Notes: generated by a model from the letters alone, not told the origin. A stretch of 57,541 nt of DNA from Candidatus Gastranaerophilales bacterium (GCA_944322555.1 CALUPJ010000068.1:1-57541); one strand, 5' to 3'. Counted from the first letter of the stretch, positions 40,671-51,902 are shown. Translations and numbers: made by a program.

Positions 40671-40886
40671 TTACTTAAGTCTGAAAGTTATTCTGCCTTT
40701 TGTTAAATCATAAGGAGTCATTTCAACTTTCACCCTGTCTCCCGGTAAAATTCTTATGAAATTTTTTCTGATTTTACCCGAGATATGAGCCAGAATCTCA
40801 TGGCCGTTTTCAAGTTTTACCCTGAACATTGCATTCGGCATGGACTCCAGAATCGTACCTTCAATTTCTATTACGTCTTTTGCCAT
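40671..40886 (-). CDS. infA: Translation initiation factor IF-1
   Basis: [33 protein letters not shown]. Confidence 0.99.
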   Translation of the reverse strand: MAKDVIEIEGTILESMPNAMFRVKLENGHEILAHISGKIRKNFIRILPGDRVKVEMTPYDLTKGRITFRLK

Positions 40887-41183
40887 ATTGTCCTCTATTT
40901 TCGGCTATCAATAGACACAGCTCTGCTGCATCTTTTTACATGATATTTGCTAAAAAACTGAATGCAAGCAATTTTATTACTTTTCACCTATAATGTAAAG
41001 AAATATTACAAAATGTTTTTATAAACTAAGGTTGTATACGTGCGCTTATTGTACATGGAAAAATCTAATATTGTACGGGAATTTGCATGGTTTTGTATAA
41101 GTCAATATATTGTATTCATATAAAAACATTCAAAATACCGGGTTGGTATTGGGAATCAAATATCTCTGTGCTATAATTCGGTA

Positions 41184-41534
41184 ATGTCAAATAAAATTAC
41201 CGGACAAAATGGTGAAAATATCGCAAAACAGTATCTCTTAGAGAATGGGTACAAAATTCTGGAAACAAATAAAAGATTTTCCCGATTTTGCGAAATTGAT
41301 ATTATTGCGCTGGATAAAAATACTCTTGTTTTTGCGGAAGTTAAAACAAGGACTTCTGATAAGACCGGTTCTCCCGCTGAAGCTATTACAAGAAATAAAT
41401 ACCGGCATATATGCGCGGGATTATATACTTATTTAGGCGAAAATCCGCAGTACAAAAAATACCGGATAGATGCGATTTCAGTCTTTTTAAAACCTAAACT
41501 CAAGATAGAACATTTGAAAAACATATATTTATGA
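41184..41534 (+). CDS. yraN: YraN-family (UPF0102) PD-(D/E)xK nuclease-like protein
   Basis: GE.IA..YL...GY.IL, EIDIIA, LVFAEVKTR, RIDAI. Confidence 0.9.
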   Translation: MSNKITGQNGENIAKQYLLENGYKILETNKRFSRFCEIDIIALDKNTLVFAEVKTRTSDKTGSPAEAITRNKYRHICAGLYTYLGENPQYKKYRIDAISVFLKPKLKIEHLKNIYL

Positions 41535-41568
41535 TAAAATTAATTTATAAATAGCGAGGAGCAGTTAT

Positions 41569-43017
41569 ATGGAAAATTTAAGAGATAAATATGAAGTTGT
41601 CATTGGTTTGGAAGTGCATGCTCAATTAAAAACCAAATCAAAAATATTTGCACCGGACTCTACGGAATTCGGGAATGAACAAAATACACAAATAAGCCCG
41701 ATTACACTGGGAATGCCGGGTGTTTTACCGGTATTGAATAAAGAATGTGTTAATATGGGCATTCTTCTCGGACTTGCCCTAAATTGCGAAATTCCGGCAA
41801 GATGTAAGTTTGACAGGAAACAATATTTCTATCCCGATTTACCCAAAGGATATCAAATTTCACAGTATGATGAACCGATTTGTGTGAACGGTTATATTAA
41901 TGTAAAAGGAAAAAGAATCGGTATAACAAGAGCACATTTGGAAGAAGATGCAGGTAAACTTGTTCATGTCGGTGCTGCCGGAATAAACGGAGCCACTTAC
42001 TCTCTTGTTGACTTAAACAGAGCAGGCACACCTCTTCTTGAAATAGTTTCGGAGCCTGATATGCGTTCAAGTGAAGAAGCAAGAAATTATATGGAAGAAC
42101 TCCGTGATATTGTACGGTATTTAGGAGTTTGCGATGGTAACCTTGAAGAAGGTTCCATGAGATGCGATGCTAATATTTCTATAATGCCCAAAGGTTCAAA
42201 AGAATTCGGAACCAGAGCGGAAATAAAAAATGTAAACAGTTTTTCGGCTCTTCAGAGAGCAATTGAATATGAAATAGACAGACAAATAGAAATAGTTGAG
42301 GAAGGCGATAAAGTTGTGCAAGAAACAAGGCTTTGGGATGACAATCTCAAGGAAACCCGTTCCATGAGGGGTAAAGAAGATGCACACGATTACAGATATT
42401 TCCCCGAGCCGGATTTGATGCCGCTGGAAATCTCGAGAGAATGGGTAGAAGAAATTCGTGCAAAAATGCCTGAATTACCCGAGGCTAAAAGACAAAGATA
42501 CATGTCTCTGGGATTAAGTGAATATGATGCTTGTATCATTGTAGAACAAATGCCTCTGGCATTATTCTTTGATAAAGTTCTTGAACTCGGAGCAAACCCT
42601 AAAGCGGCAGTTAACTTTATAATGGGAGAAATTTCCGCATACTTAAAAGAAAATAAAGTTGAAATTGATGAGACAAAATTGACGCCTGAAAATCTTGCAG
42701 AATTAATTTCATTAATAGAAAAGGGAACTATTTCAAATAATATCGGTAAACAAATTCTTGTTGAAGATATGATTACAAACGGTGACAGTGCTTCTGCAAT
42801 CGTTGAAAGAAAAGGTTTAAGTCAAATTTCAGATGAAGGTGCTATAAAGGCAATTGTAGAAAAAGTTGTAAATGCTCATCCAAAGGAAATAGAATCATAT
42901 AAAAACGGAAAAACAAATCTGCTCGGATTCTTTGTCGGACAGGTTATGAAAGAAACTAAGGGAAGAGCTAATCCCAAAACTGTTAATGAACTTGTTAAAC
43001 AAATATTAGAAGGTTAG
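41569..43017 (+). CDS. gatB: Asp/Glu-tRNA amidotransferase subunit B
   Basis: IGLEVHAQL, YFYPDLPKGYQI, HLEEDAGK, RCDAN, DYRYFPEPDL. Confidence 0.99.
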   Translation: MENLRDKYEVVIGLEVHAQLKTKSKIFAPDSTEFGNEQNTQISPITLGMPGVLPVLNKECVNMGILLGLALNCEIPARCKFDRKQYFYPDLPKGYQISQYDEPICVNGYINVKGKRIGITRAHLEEDAGKLVHVGAAGINGATYSLVDLNRAGTPLLEIVSEPDMRSSEEARNYMEELRDIVRYLGVCDGNLEEGSMRCDANISIMPKGSKEFGTRAEIKNVNSFSALQRAIEYEIDRQIEIVEEGDKVVQETRLWDDNLKETRSMRGKEDAHDYRYFPEPDLMPLEISREWVEEIRAKMPELPEAKRQRYMSLGLSEYDACIIVEQMPLALFFDKVLELGANPKAAVNFIMGEISAYLKENKVEIDETKLTPENLAELISLIEKGTISNNIGKQILVEDMITNGDSASAIVERKGLSQISDEGAIKAIVEKVVNAHPKEIESYKNGKTNLLGFFVGQVMKETKGRANPKTVNELVKQILEG

Positions 43018-43026
43018 ATATTGAAT

Positions 43027-43072
43027 TTTCAAAGCCGGCAGTAAATTAACAAATTTACTGCCGGCTTTGAAA
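43027..43072. terminator. Bidirectional terminator hairpin (21-bp perfect stem) between convergent genes
   Basis: TTTCAAAGCCGGCAGTAAATT-aaca-AATTTACTGCCGGCTTTGAAA. Confidence 0.85.
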
Positions 43073-43074
43073 TC

Positions 43075-46000
43075 TTAATTAATCCATTTAAAGCTTGTTA
43101 CATAGTCTTCGCCGTTAATGTTACCTTTGATTTCCGCAATAAATCTTCTGTATGCTTTGCTGGAAAGTTCAATGCCTGGAATTTTATTGATTTTTTCAAG
43201 TATCACTGTATCTTTTGAAAGGTCAATTCCGGGTATTGCATTGAATAATGTGTTCAAAGACAAATTCCCTATAGGACCGAACATTGTTGAAATCTTTTTC
43301 GATAAAAGCCCGAAAACTTCCATATCCGCAACGGCTGTCGCAAAATTGTATGTTCCCGAGATAAACAGGCTCAAATCCTTACCGCGTGTGGTAATTTCAA
43401 ATTTTTCGGCTATACCGTCCTTGATTATCATATTTCCGTTTATGTCGGAGAAATCGCCTGTTTTTAACGGGGTAACTATATCTATTACACTGTTAATAGA
43501 AATTCCGGTAATTCCGCCTTTTAACAGATTTCCGGCTTTTAGAAGATATTCAAGAGACCCGAGTTTCGGCATTCTCCCGTCGGCGACATTGAACGAAGCT
43601 TTACCGTTTAATGTTTTCATGCAGTTTTCAAAATTTGTTCCGCTGCAAGAAAGATTTATATCTCCGGTCAAATCACCGTATAATTGATTATTCAAATCAA
43701 ACAGAGCTATTGTAAGCGCATTCGCATCAATATTATCTGCTTTAAGTTTTAATTTCGTATTATTATCGGCAAGATTATATTTAAATTTGCCGTTAAGTAT
43801 GCCGTTTGCTATATTAAATTTGAAATTATCAACATTTACTAATTTATTTTCATTCAAAGAAGCTGTCGCTTCAAAGTTATCAGCTGATATATTTCTCAAA
43901 TGAATGCTGTCTGCGTTGAGTTCCAGATTTTTAATTATAACGGTAGAAAGGTCAAAACCTTCAAACGACTCAAATGTCTGAAAATTTTCCGCCTGAGAAA
44001 GTTTGAGTTTATTAATAATATAATTTAAATCGAGCAGTTTTGTATCAAGTATTGCCTTTTCTATTTGATATGGCTGTGTCAGTTTGTTTTTCAAAACTCC
44101 TTGAATTGCAATGTCATTTCCTAAAATCTCGCCTTTGGAAGAAAGTTCTATTGTTCTTTCTTTAAAATTTAAATTAATATTTTTCATTGTAGTATCCAGA
44201 AACGGGATATTGGTTTCAAAAATATGAAAACTTCCCAGCAGCTTAGGATTGGAAAGTCTGCCGTTAAATTTCAAGTCCGAAGTAAACTGACCTTGTTTAA
44301 TATTAGGTTTTCTAAAAATTATATTGAATATTCTGGCATCCGTGGGATTTTGTGTTTTTATGTGCAAATCATGGAAGCCCAAATCATCTTTATAAACATC
44401 TATACCGCCGTGTGCTTTAAGCATATTCAGACGGGTCTGGCGGTTTCCCTGAGAAGAGATTATTTTATCATATGAAAATTCTTTTATTTTTAAAATATTT
44501 TGTTTTAGTATTTTTGTGCGGATATCCAGTATAATTGCATTTTCAACATCACCTACCGTTGCACCCAGGTGATAAATACTTGAATCTTTTGACATGCGGA
44601 TATTGCCGTTCAGGTTATAATCATCTTTAACGCCGTTTATTTTTACCGAATATACAATATCCCCTTTGATTTTTATAGGGTATATCTGATTTTTATTTAT
44701 ATATTTATCAATAAATTCCTGCTGCGGTTTTGAATTGAAATACAGATCAAAATGTTGTTTTGAAAAAATGTCATCTACTATTCCGTCAATAAGAATCGGC
44801 ATTTTATCCGCGAGCAGGTTAATTTTATTGAGCCGTAAGTTATTATTGCGCATTATAAGACTGCCGTTAATAATTTTTACGGGTATATTTAACGGGACAT
44901 ATTCAAAAGAAATTCCGCCCAAATCCGTGTAGAAATTAACTTTATTGTTATTAATTCTGCAATTAAGATTTATTCTTCCGTTATTGAATTTTATCAGATT
45001 AAGGGCTTTTTTAATATCTTCAGGTATGATTGAAGAGGCGGCAAACAAATTTATATTTGAAAGATTGAATCCGGTAAGCTTAACCTCTCCGTTTATGTTT
45101 GCTTTATCGGTAACATTATCCGCGCGCAGATTAATATCAAAGCCGCTGTTTGTATCGACAATGCTTCCCTTAAGATTTTTGACGTTTAACCTGTTATTAT
45201 CCAGTATTATTTCGCCGCTTGAAAGTTTGAGTTTATTTTCACTGCTGCTGTTGAGGACTGTTGCATTGAAATTAATTTTGTCATATTCGACGGGATTTAT
45301 TTTTCCTTTATATTTGGCATTTACGCACAGGAATATATCTCCTATTTCCTTGCGTAAATCTCCGCTGATGATATCTTTGAAATTTAATTCGGGAATACTG
45401 ATATCAAGACTGGCGATACTGTTTTTTATATTTGCTTTAGCGGAAATTTTTGAGTTTCCGAGCATTGCGTTAACATTAGCATTTGCATCGGTTCCATCAA
45501 AATTTAACAATCCTTTTACGTTATTTATGCTCATACCTTGCATTTTCAGAGTATTTCCGAGCAGTTCTATTTTGCCTTTGGAATAGCAGTTTTTGTTGAA
45601 TTTCAAATCTTCTATATATTGAACATCGCCGTATATTTTTAAATCTAAATTTGTTTTACCTCCGGCGGATTCTAATTCGGGCAGTATTTTTTTTATGTCA
45701 TCAAGCATTGGACCTGACGTTTTGAGAGCGTTATATAAATATCCCAAATCCTGTCCGTTTGACTTTGCATTAAAATCAAATTTTCCCGCAAGGCTGCATA
45801 TACCGTTTACACTTATGTTTTGATTATTTACCCGACCTTTTTTAGTTTTAAATTCAGCGGTTTCATCATTAAACTTCAGAACGGCTTCCGCATCTGTAAG
45901 AAGCAGATTCGGGATATCATTAAAAAACGTTCTGACATTACGGAGATTCAGAATCCCCCATACGTGAGGATTTTGTCTGTTGCCTTTTACAATAATATTA

Positions 46001-47418
46001 ATATTACCCTTTCCTTCAACATCCATTATCGGAACAGGGCCTATAATAAAATTCAAAATTTCATGCAAGGGGACAACTTTTTCTTCCGCAAGCCGGAGGT
46101 CGACATTTTTGGTACTCCAGATATGCATATCGGCATATTTAACATTATATAACTCAACTCCGCCTTTTACGAAAACTTTTTCCGCACCTCCGGCCGGAAC
46201 ATTAACGTCAAAATTTACGTATTTGCCGGTAAAATGGAGTTTTATAACGGCACCGCGGGCGTTTTTTATAGGTTTTATTAAAATGCCGTTTTCTATGAAA
46301 ATATCACCGTTAATTTCCGGTTCGGTAATATCACCCTTTATTGAAAAATTACCGATTGAATCGCCGTAAAATTTATATTTTTTGAGTTTGTATACATTAA
46401 ACTCTTCAATAACAACCGGCGGCAGCATATCAACGATATCTTCCACACGGGATTTGTGTAAATCAACATTCAAATTAAGCTGTGTAATCGGTTTATCAAG
46501 ATAATTAGATATTGAGCCTTTCAGAATTGCATTAATATTTTTAGATTTAATCTCAAAATTTTCAAAGTTAATAATTTTGCTTGTCAGATTAAAGTTTGAG
46601 TTTATATACAAAGTATCGGGGAAAACGATAGACTTTGCGCTGTCTTTCATTATTATTTTGCAATTTTTTACGGCAGCTGAAAGCTTTGATTTATCAACAT
46701 TAATATCTATCAATCCTTTTGCCTCTATAAAATCTTTCGGCATATATTGTTTTAAATATTTTCCTAAAGGCTCAAGATTAAAATTAGTAATCTTAACATC
46801 TATAACACTTTTTTTTATATTATTGTTTTCGGGCAAAAACAGATTAATCTTTGCTGTTGAAAGAGAATTTTGGATATCAATTTTGCTCTCCAAATTCATT
46901 TTTATATATCTGCCGTTTCTTTGAAAACAGATATTTTTTCCTGTATAAATGATTGGAGTTTTAAGCTCTTTCTGCCGGAGTGAAATCATAAATTCATCAA
47001 GAATAATTTTATCGCATTTTATTCTTGTATTTTTGAGATTATAGATAAAATCTTTGTCAAGTTCTATCTTATCTTTTAACATAGAATTTACACTAAGATT
47101 GGAGGCGGATATGCTGTTTATATGAAATTTGCCGGAAAGCAGCGGGAGGATGCGAAATTTAATTTTCAAATTATTTACGGAAGTATAATCATTTGTCTGT
47201 TTTTCTTTAATCTTTATTTTCTCCGCAGAAAAACCGACAGTCGGTAAAACACTTAAGCTAAGCTTAGGAGACTGTATATTAATTTCGTAATTTGAGTTAA
47301 GGGTTAGCTTTTCGCACACTATGGGAAGCATTTTAGAAAAAATTAACGGAAGCCCCCCTATCCAAAAAGCATAAAAAATTAAAACGGTTATTATATATTT
47401 ATTAAAAAATTTCTTCAT
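43075..47418 (-). CDS. AsmA/TamB/YhdP-like envelope-bridging beta-groove protein
   Basis: 1447 aa, N-terminal TM anchor, ILPLLSGKFHI.SI, alternating beta-strand pattern, AsmA-like C-terminus (TLNGKASF.V.DG...I.DG). Confidence 0.8.
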   Translation of the reverse strand: MKKFFNKYIITVLIFYAFWIGGLPLIFSKMLPIVCEKLTLNSNYEINIQSPKLSLSVLPTVGFSAEKIKIKEKQTNDYTSVNNLKIKFRILPLLSGKFHINSISASNLSVNSMLKDKIELDKDFIYNLKNTRIKCDKIILDEFMISLRQKELKTPIIYTGKNICFQRNGRYIKMNLESKIDIQNSLSTAKINLFLPENNNIKKSVIDVKITNFNLEPLGKYLKQYMPKDFIEAKGLIDINVDKSKLSAAVKNCKIIMKDSAKSIVFPDTLYINSNFNLTSKIINFENFEIKSKNINAILKGSISNYLDKPITQLNLNVDLHKSRVEDIVDMLPPVVIEEFNVYKLKKYKFYGDSIGNFSIKGDITEPEINGDIFIENGILIKPIKNARGAVIKLHFTGKYVNFDVNVPAGGAEKVFVKGGVELYNVKYADMHIWSTKNVDLRLAEEKVVPLHEILNFIIGPVPIMDVEGKGNINIIVKGNRQNPHVWGILNLRNVRTFFNDIPNLLLTDAEAVLKFNDETAEFKTKKGRVNNQNISVNGICSLAGKFDFNAKSNGQDLGYLYNALKTSGPMLDDIKKILPELESAGGKTNLDLKIYGDVQYIEDLKFNKNCYSKGKIELLGNTLKMQGMSINNVKGLLNFDGTDANANVNAMLGNSKISAKANIKNSIASLDISIPELNFKDIISGDLRKEIGDIFLCVNAKYKGKINPVEYDKINFNATVLNSSSENKLKLSSGEIILDNNRLNVKNLKGSIVDTNSGFDINLRADNVTDKANINGEVKLTGFNLSNINLFAASSIIPEDIKKALNLIKFNNGRINLNCRINNNKVNFYTDLGGISFEYVPLNIPVKIINGSLIMRNNNLRLNKINLLADKMPILIDGIVDDIFSKQHFDLYFNSKPQQEFIDKYINKNQIYPIKIKGDIVYSVKINGVKDDYNLNGNIRMSKDSSIYHLGATVGDVENAIILDIRTKILKQNILKIKEFSYDKIISSQGNRQTRLNMLKAHGGIDVYKDDLGFHDLHIKTQNPTDARIFNIIFRKPNIKQGQFTSDLKFNGRLSNPKLLGSFHIFETNIPFLDTTMKNINLNFKERTIELSSKGEILGNDIAIQGVLKNKLTQPYQIEKAILDTKLLDLNYIINKLKLSQAENFQTFESFEGFDLSTVIIKNLELNADSIHLRNISADNFEATASLNENKLVNVDNFKFNIANGILNGKFKYNLADNNTKLKLKADNIDANALTIALFDLNNQLYGDLTGDINLSCSGTNFENCMKTLNGKASFNVADGRMPKLGSLEYLLKAGNLLKGGITGISINSVIDIVTPLKTGDFSDINGNMIIKDGIAEKFEITTRGKDLSLFISGTYNFATAVADMEVFGLLSKKISTMFGPIGNLSLNTLFNAIPGIDLSKDTVILEKINKIPGIELSSKAYRRFIAEIKGNINGEDYVTSFKWIN

Positions 47419-47500
47419 TAGAATTATATATTAATCTTAGCAGTAAAGTAACAAGATGTAAATCTTTGGCAGTTACGCACTGTTATGTTATAATTTTATC

Positions 47501-48640
47501 GTGAGAGATTTAGTAAGAATATTAGCAGTCGGGATAGTTTTGTTTTTTGCTCCGTTTGTTTTAGCGGAACAATATAAGGTGCTTGTTATACCTGATAATA
47601 TTGTGACTGAAAATGAAGCTCTGGATTCTTATATTTTTAATGCCTCTGCTGAGTTTTTTGCGGGAGAAGTTGCGAATATATTAAATCAGACGGATTACAT
47701 TAAAGTTCCGACCGTAAGTGAAGAGAGAAAGTTATTAAAAAGCAATCCTTATACGATGATTTCCGCTAAAAACCTTACCGGCAGATTCAGAACATCATAT
47801 ACTATTGATTATGTTGCGCTGAAAAAAATTGCATCAAAATCACAGGCAAGATATGCTTTATTGATTACGTCGGCGGTAGATTCTGAAAACTATATACTAA
47901 GAAGAACCTTCTGGGATTTTTTGAACATTCCGGGCGCAACGGTTGTGGATCCTGCATATAAGATTTCTACATATGCGGCACTTGTTGATACTCAAAATAA
48001 TACCGTTCTCTGGTCAAATACTTTTTATAAAACAATAAGTGTTGTTGAAAACCGTATAATAACCCGCGGACCTTCTCCGCAGACAGAGCAATTACAAAAA
48101 ATAAGAGATTATTCCAGAATGCTTTGTCCGGAAATTGCACAAAATGTACAATTAAAGATTCTTCCGTCCGAAGTTCTGGCAAAAGAGACAAACCGGATTT
48201 ATTATGATATGGGTAATTTTGATAACGTATTTACTAAAAAATACAGAAGGTGGCATAAAGAGGGCAGTAAGGATTACGCCGTTGCGAAATCAAGAGTAGA
48301 TGCAAAGATTGCCGGTACAAAAGACAAATTTAATGAAACAAAAGAAAATACTAAATCAAAAATACAGCAGTTCAAAGATGACAGAGCTAAAAAAAGAGAA
48401 GAAAAAGCTTTGAAAAAACAGCAGGAAGCGGAGAAATTTAATTCCAAACTTGAAGTTAAAGCCGAACCTGCGAACGAGTTTCAAGAAGCTACCGAAAACA
48501 ATATACACAATATAAATTATACAAAACAGCCTCTTGAAGATCAAAGCCTTTATTTCCCTATTGAGATTAATAAAACCAGAAAAAATAATTTATATGGTGA
48601 ATTTGACTCATCACGTCCGCCGTTAAGAGATTATAATTAA
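47501..48640 (+). CDS. Exported hypothetical protein (alpha/beta domain plus charged coiled-coil tail)
   Basis: 379-aa ORF with signal peptide. Confidence 0.7.
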   Translation: MRDLVRILAVGIVLFFAPFVLAEQYKVLVIPDNIVTENEALDSYIFNASAEFFAGEVANILNQTDYIKVPTVSEERKLLKSNPYTMISAKNLTGRFRTSYTIDYVALKKIASKSQARYALLITSAVDSENYILRRTFWDFLNIPGATVVDPAYKISTYAALVDTQNNTVLWSNTFYKTISVVENRIITRGPSPQTEQLQKIRDYSRMLCPEIAQNVQLKILPSEVLAKETNRIYYDMGNFDNVFTKKYRRWHKEGSKDYAVAKSRVDAKIAGTKDKFNETKENTKSKIQQFKDDRAKKREEKALKKQQEAEKFNSKLEVKAEPANEFQEATENNIHNINYTKQPLEDQSLYFPIEINKTRKNNLYGEFDSSRPPLRDYN

Positions 48641-48649
48641 GGAGATTTT

Positions 48650-49060
48650 GTGAAAAAAATTTTTGTGCTGTTAATGATATCAGCTATTATAGTACCTCTT
48701 TCCAATGCTGCTTCTGAAGAAAGTGCTTTGACAGTAGTACCTGTTTCAGAAAATGCAGTAGTTCCTCCGGTATGGGAAGACTATGTTCCGAAAAAGTATC
48801 AAAATCCGAGATCTTTTCCCGGAAGAGGGAAAAATATTGCAGAATTAAGTGTCGGCATTGCACTAACGGACTTATTAATTACAGCTCCGATAGGTATTCC
48901 TATGATTTGTCATTCTGTTACAAAAATGAAGAATCAGGGCTGGTATGAACGCAAGATAAAATTTGAAGCCGGTTTAAAACAAGCAGAAACAATTGAAAAT
49001 CCGCAAGAAAGACAGGAGTTTTATAATACACTGTTAAAAGAATGTAAAATGACAAAATAA
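48650..49060 (+). CDS. Exported/membrane hypothetical protein
   Basis: AAGGAG RBS, signal peptide, internal hydrophobic segment. Confidence 0.7.
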   Translation: MKKIFVLLMISAIIVPLSNAASEESALTVVPVSENAVVPPVWEDYVPKKYQNPRSFPGRGKNIAELSVGIALTDLLITAPIGIPMICHSVTKMKNQGWYERKIKFEAGLKQAETIENPQERQEFYNTLLKECKMTK

Positions 49061-49061
49061 T

Positions 49062-49901
49062 CTAATTAATTATCATTAACAATTCTCTGATAACTTTTGT
49101 TGCCACAGCCGTGGAAACGCCGCTTGTATCATAGTCGGGCGCAAGCTCTACAACGTCCGCTCCTATTATGTTAAATTGTGATAAGTATTTGAACCAATCA
49201 ACTAATTCGTTAAAGCTTAACCCGCCGGCTTCCGGTGTACCGGTGCCGGGCATTACGGAAGTGTCAAGGACATCCAGATCAACTGTTACAAAAATATTTT
49301 TATTTTTTAATACATCAAGTTCTTTAGGTTCGTTAATCAATGTATTGTATTTTTTCATCAATTCAAATTCTTCTTTCATACCGGAGCGAATACCGATTTG
49401 CTTAATATTTTCAAATCCGGTTATATTCCCGCAATGTCTGATGACAGCCGAATGGGAGAGAGCTTCACCCAAATACTCTTCTCTTAAATCTGTATGTGCG
49501 TCAAAATGTACAATTGCCAGGTTATCATAATATTTAGATACAGCTTTTATCTCCGGCAAAGTAACCAGATGTTCACCGCCGATTCCGAAAACTTTTTTTC
49601 CGTCCCGATAGATTTCTTCTACATTTTTTTGAATTAAATCCAGAGATTTTATGGTATTTCCCAGCGGAAACTCCAAATCTCCCGCATCGTGAAAATTGCA
49701 ATCTTCAAGATGTTTATTAAAATATGGAGAATACTCCTCCAGTCCCCAGCTTGCAAGTCTGATTTGCTCCGGCGCAAACCTTGAACCGGAACGATATGAA
49801 ACTGTTCCGTCAAACGGAAGCCCGAGCATTACAATCTTTGAACTCGCATAGTTTTTGTTTTCTCCCATCCAGTTTCTGTCTAAAAACGGTCCTGTTAACA
49901 T
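49062..49901 (-). CDS. speB: Agmatinase
   Basis: GGEH, HFDAHTD, DLDVLD...PGTGTPE.GG, DVVELAP. Confidence 0.93.
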   Translation of the reverse strand: MLTGPFLDRNWMGENKNYASSKIVMLGLPFDGTVSYRSGSRFAPEQIRLASWGLEEYSPYFNKHLEDCNFHDAGDLEFPLGNTIKSLDLIQKNVEEIYRDGKKVFGIGGEHLVTLPEIKAVSKYYDNLAIVHFDAHTDLREEYLGEALSHSAVIRHCGNITGFENIKQIGIRSGMKEEFELMKKYNTLINEPKELDVLKNKNIFVTVDLDVLDTSVMPGTGTPEAGGLSFNELVDWFKYLSQFNIIGADVVELAPDYDTSGVSTAVATKVIRELLMIIN

Positions 49902-49913
49902 TATTTTTCCCTT

Positions 49914-50273
49914 TTATTCTTCATAATAACTTGCGCAAGAAGTTGCTGTTTCCCATACTGAAACTTTAGAAATCTGAACAATGCGTTCTTTTAGTTTATT
50001 ATATATAAACATTGCAATCATTTCACTTGAAGGGCTTTCACCTTCAAAAAACGGCAGTTCGTTCAAATCTTTATGGTCAAGCAAATCCAAAACCGATTTC
50101 ATTTCCCGTTTCAAAGTTTTATAATCTACAAGAATATTGCTTTTATCGAGGTTTTCCCCCTTTACATAAGCTTCAACAAGCCAATTATGCCCGTGTTGAT
50201 TCTCACATTCGCCGTTATAATTGAGCAGGTGATGTGCTGCCGAAAAATACATTTGTGCCTTGAGTTCAAACAT
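49914..50273 (-). CDS. queD: 6-carboxy-5,6,7,8-tetrahydropterin synthase
   Basis: FSAAH.L, C...HGHNW, LDHKDLN, PSSE, VWET. Confidence 0.92.
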   Translation of the reverse strand: MFELKAQMYFSAAHHLLNYNGECENQHGHNWLVEAYVKGENLDKSNILVDYKTLKREMKSVLDLLDHKDLNELPFFEGESPSSEMIAMFIYNKLKERIVQISKVSVWETATSCASYYEE

Positions 50274-50307
50274 TCTAATCCCTCTAAATACTATCTGCCT
50301 GTTATTG

Positions 50308-51144
50308 CTACGGACAAATTTCCGCCAGACGGCTCATAATTTTTTCCGTAATAATTTTGATGTAATCCTTGTCTACCATACCGTTAATTATACAATCGGA
50401 AATTTCATAAGTTGGTCTTATATATTGCTGGGCTGTTTCATTTACGTTCTTAAATTGCAAATCTGCCGCCTCTCCGGTTTTGCCGCGCAATACAGCGCGT
50501 TTATACCAGCGTTCTTTTATAACGTCAATAGGAGTAAATACATAAACCTTTACATCCATGATATCCCGAACTTCTTTGTTTAAAACATACAGTCCTTCTG
50601 TTAAAATTACTTTTGCGGGTTTTTTTATATCTCCGTCAGGGTCGGAAATACAAGTTACAAAATCATACTTTGGCGAGACAACGGTTTCACCCTGTTTAAG
50701 TTTCAGCAAGTGTTCTCTCATCAGCTGCAAATCTATAACATCAGGGGTATCAAAACTAAACCCTGTTTTAAACAAAGCATCATAACTGCCGGCTTCAATG
50801 AGTTCTTTTGAAGTATCTTTATAATAATCATCCTGTCTTATTACAGTATAAATGCCTTCTTTTTTATCCCGAACTACGGCTTCTATTGTATTATCAACAA
50901 AGACGGTCTTGCCGGATGCACTTTCTCCCGTAATACCGATTAAAAATGTTTTTTTCTTTTCCTGAACAACTTTGCGTGCAATATTCATTATAAAATCATC
51001 CGCAACTTTTAAGAAAAGCGGCTGTTCCTGCTTTTTATCTTCTTCAAGAATTTCCTTAAGCGTATCTACAATATTGGATATAAGTTCCATATCTAACCGG
51101 CTTGAATAAAAATTATAATTTGTAAGTTCAAAAGTTTCCACCAT
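50308..51144 (-). CDS. Uridine kinase / phosphoribulokinase family P-loop kinase with N-terminal extension
   Basis: IGITGESASGKT, QDDYY, FDTPD, PKYDF, EGLY; start taken at ATG 51144 after AAGGA. Confidence 0.8.
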   Translation of the reverse strand: MVETFELTNYNFYSSRLDMELISNIVDTLKEILEEDKKQEQPLFLKVADDFIMNIARKVVQEKKKTFLIGITGESASGKTVFVDNTIEAVVRDKKEGIYTVIRQDDYYKDTSKELIEAGSYDALFKTGFSFDTPDVIDLQLMREHLLKLKQGETVVSPKYDFVTCISDPDGDIKKPAKVILTEGLYVLNKEVRDIMDVKVYVFTPIDVIKERWYKRAVLRGKTGEAADLQFKNVNETAQQYIRPTYEISDCIINGMVDKDYIKIITEKIMSRLAEICP

Positions 51145-51611
51145 GATCCATCCTTTTTGAATTCCCGAAACTTGTGACTTTCGGGCATTGTTACCGGCAC
51201 CTTGCCAGTGCATTTGTGACAGTAATCCATATAATATTGTATAGTAAATTGCCAAAAAAAGCTCGTAGTTCTTAAAAAAAATTTACTTTTCGGAATAAAA
51301 ATTTCGGATAAAATTTTATTTAATTATTAATTAAAGTTCTAAATCTTTATGGCTAGGATTATCGTACAATATCATAATGACATAATTTATTCTTTACGGT
51401 GATTTACGGTTTTGAATTCAATGTAACCATATAAATATGCAAGCAAAAAGTTTTTTTAAATTATTGAATAGAAAAATAAATAAGTATGACAAAGCCATAA
51501 GCAACCCTTTTGAAGCAATGCCTTTATCAATAACTTTAGTATGGGTTGATGAAAATAAAGAAGAAAAAAAGAATTTTAAAAATAATATGTAAAAGCATTA
51601 ACAGCGATATT

Positions 51612-51902
51612 TCAGGCAACTAAGCCGGACTCTTGTGCGCTGTCTTTTGTAACATCAATGTCTTTGATAAATCCGGGCAGTGCAAATGCACTAACTCCCG
51701 CCAACAGGCAAGGAATTACCGTAACGGGATTTGCTAAACCGATAACAGCCGGAACGGCAGCCCATTTCCCGATATTTAATACAGAACCTAACAATTGTTT
51801 ACCCAGCTTTCCCTGTGTTGCGGCTTTCTTTAATTTCCCGACTTCCGGTAGGCAGGACAGTCCTGTAAGTCCTAATGTTATTGTTTTCCCCCAAATTCCC
51901 AT
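51612..51902 (-). CDS. Orphan small hydrophobic Gly/Ala-rich protein
   Basis: 96 aa, AGGAG RBS, amphipathic/hydrophobic helices. Confidence 0.7.
   Translation of the reverse strand: MGIWGKTITLGLTGLSCLPEVGKLKKAATQGKLGKQLLGSVLNIGKWAAVPAVIGLANPVTVIPCLLAGVSAFALPGFIKDIDVTKDSAQESGLVA

Noticed and set aside
41032-41123. Cluster of TTG(T/C)A pentamers between infA and yraN
   Set aside because: Spacing is irregular and the motif is short in AT-rich DNA; cannot be told apart from chance
51256-51611. AT-rich gap as replication origin or hidden gene
   Set aside because: No DnaA-box cluster and no convincing ORF seen
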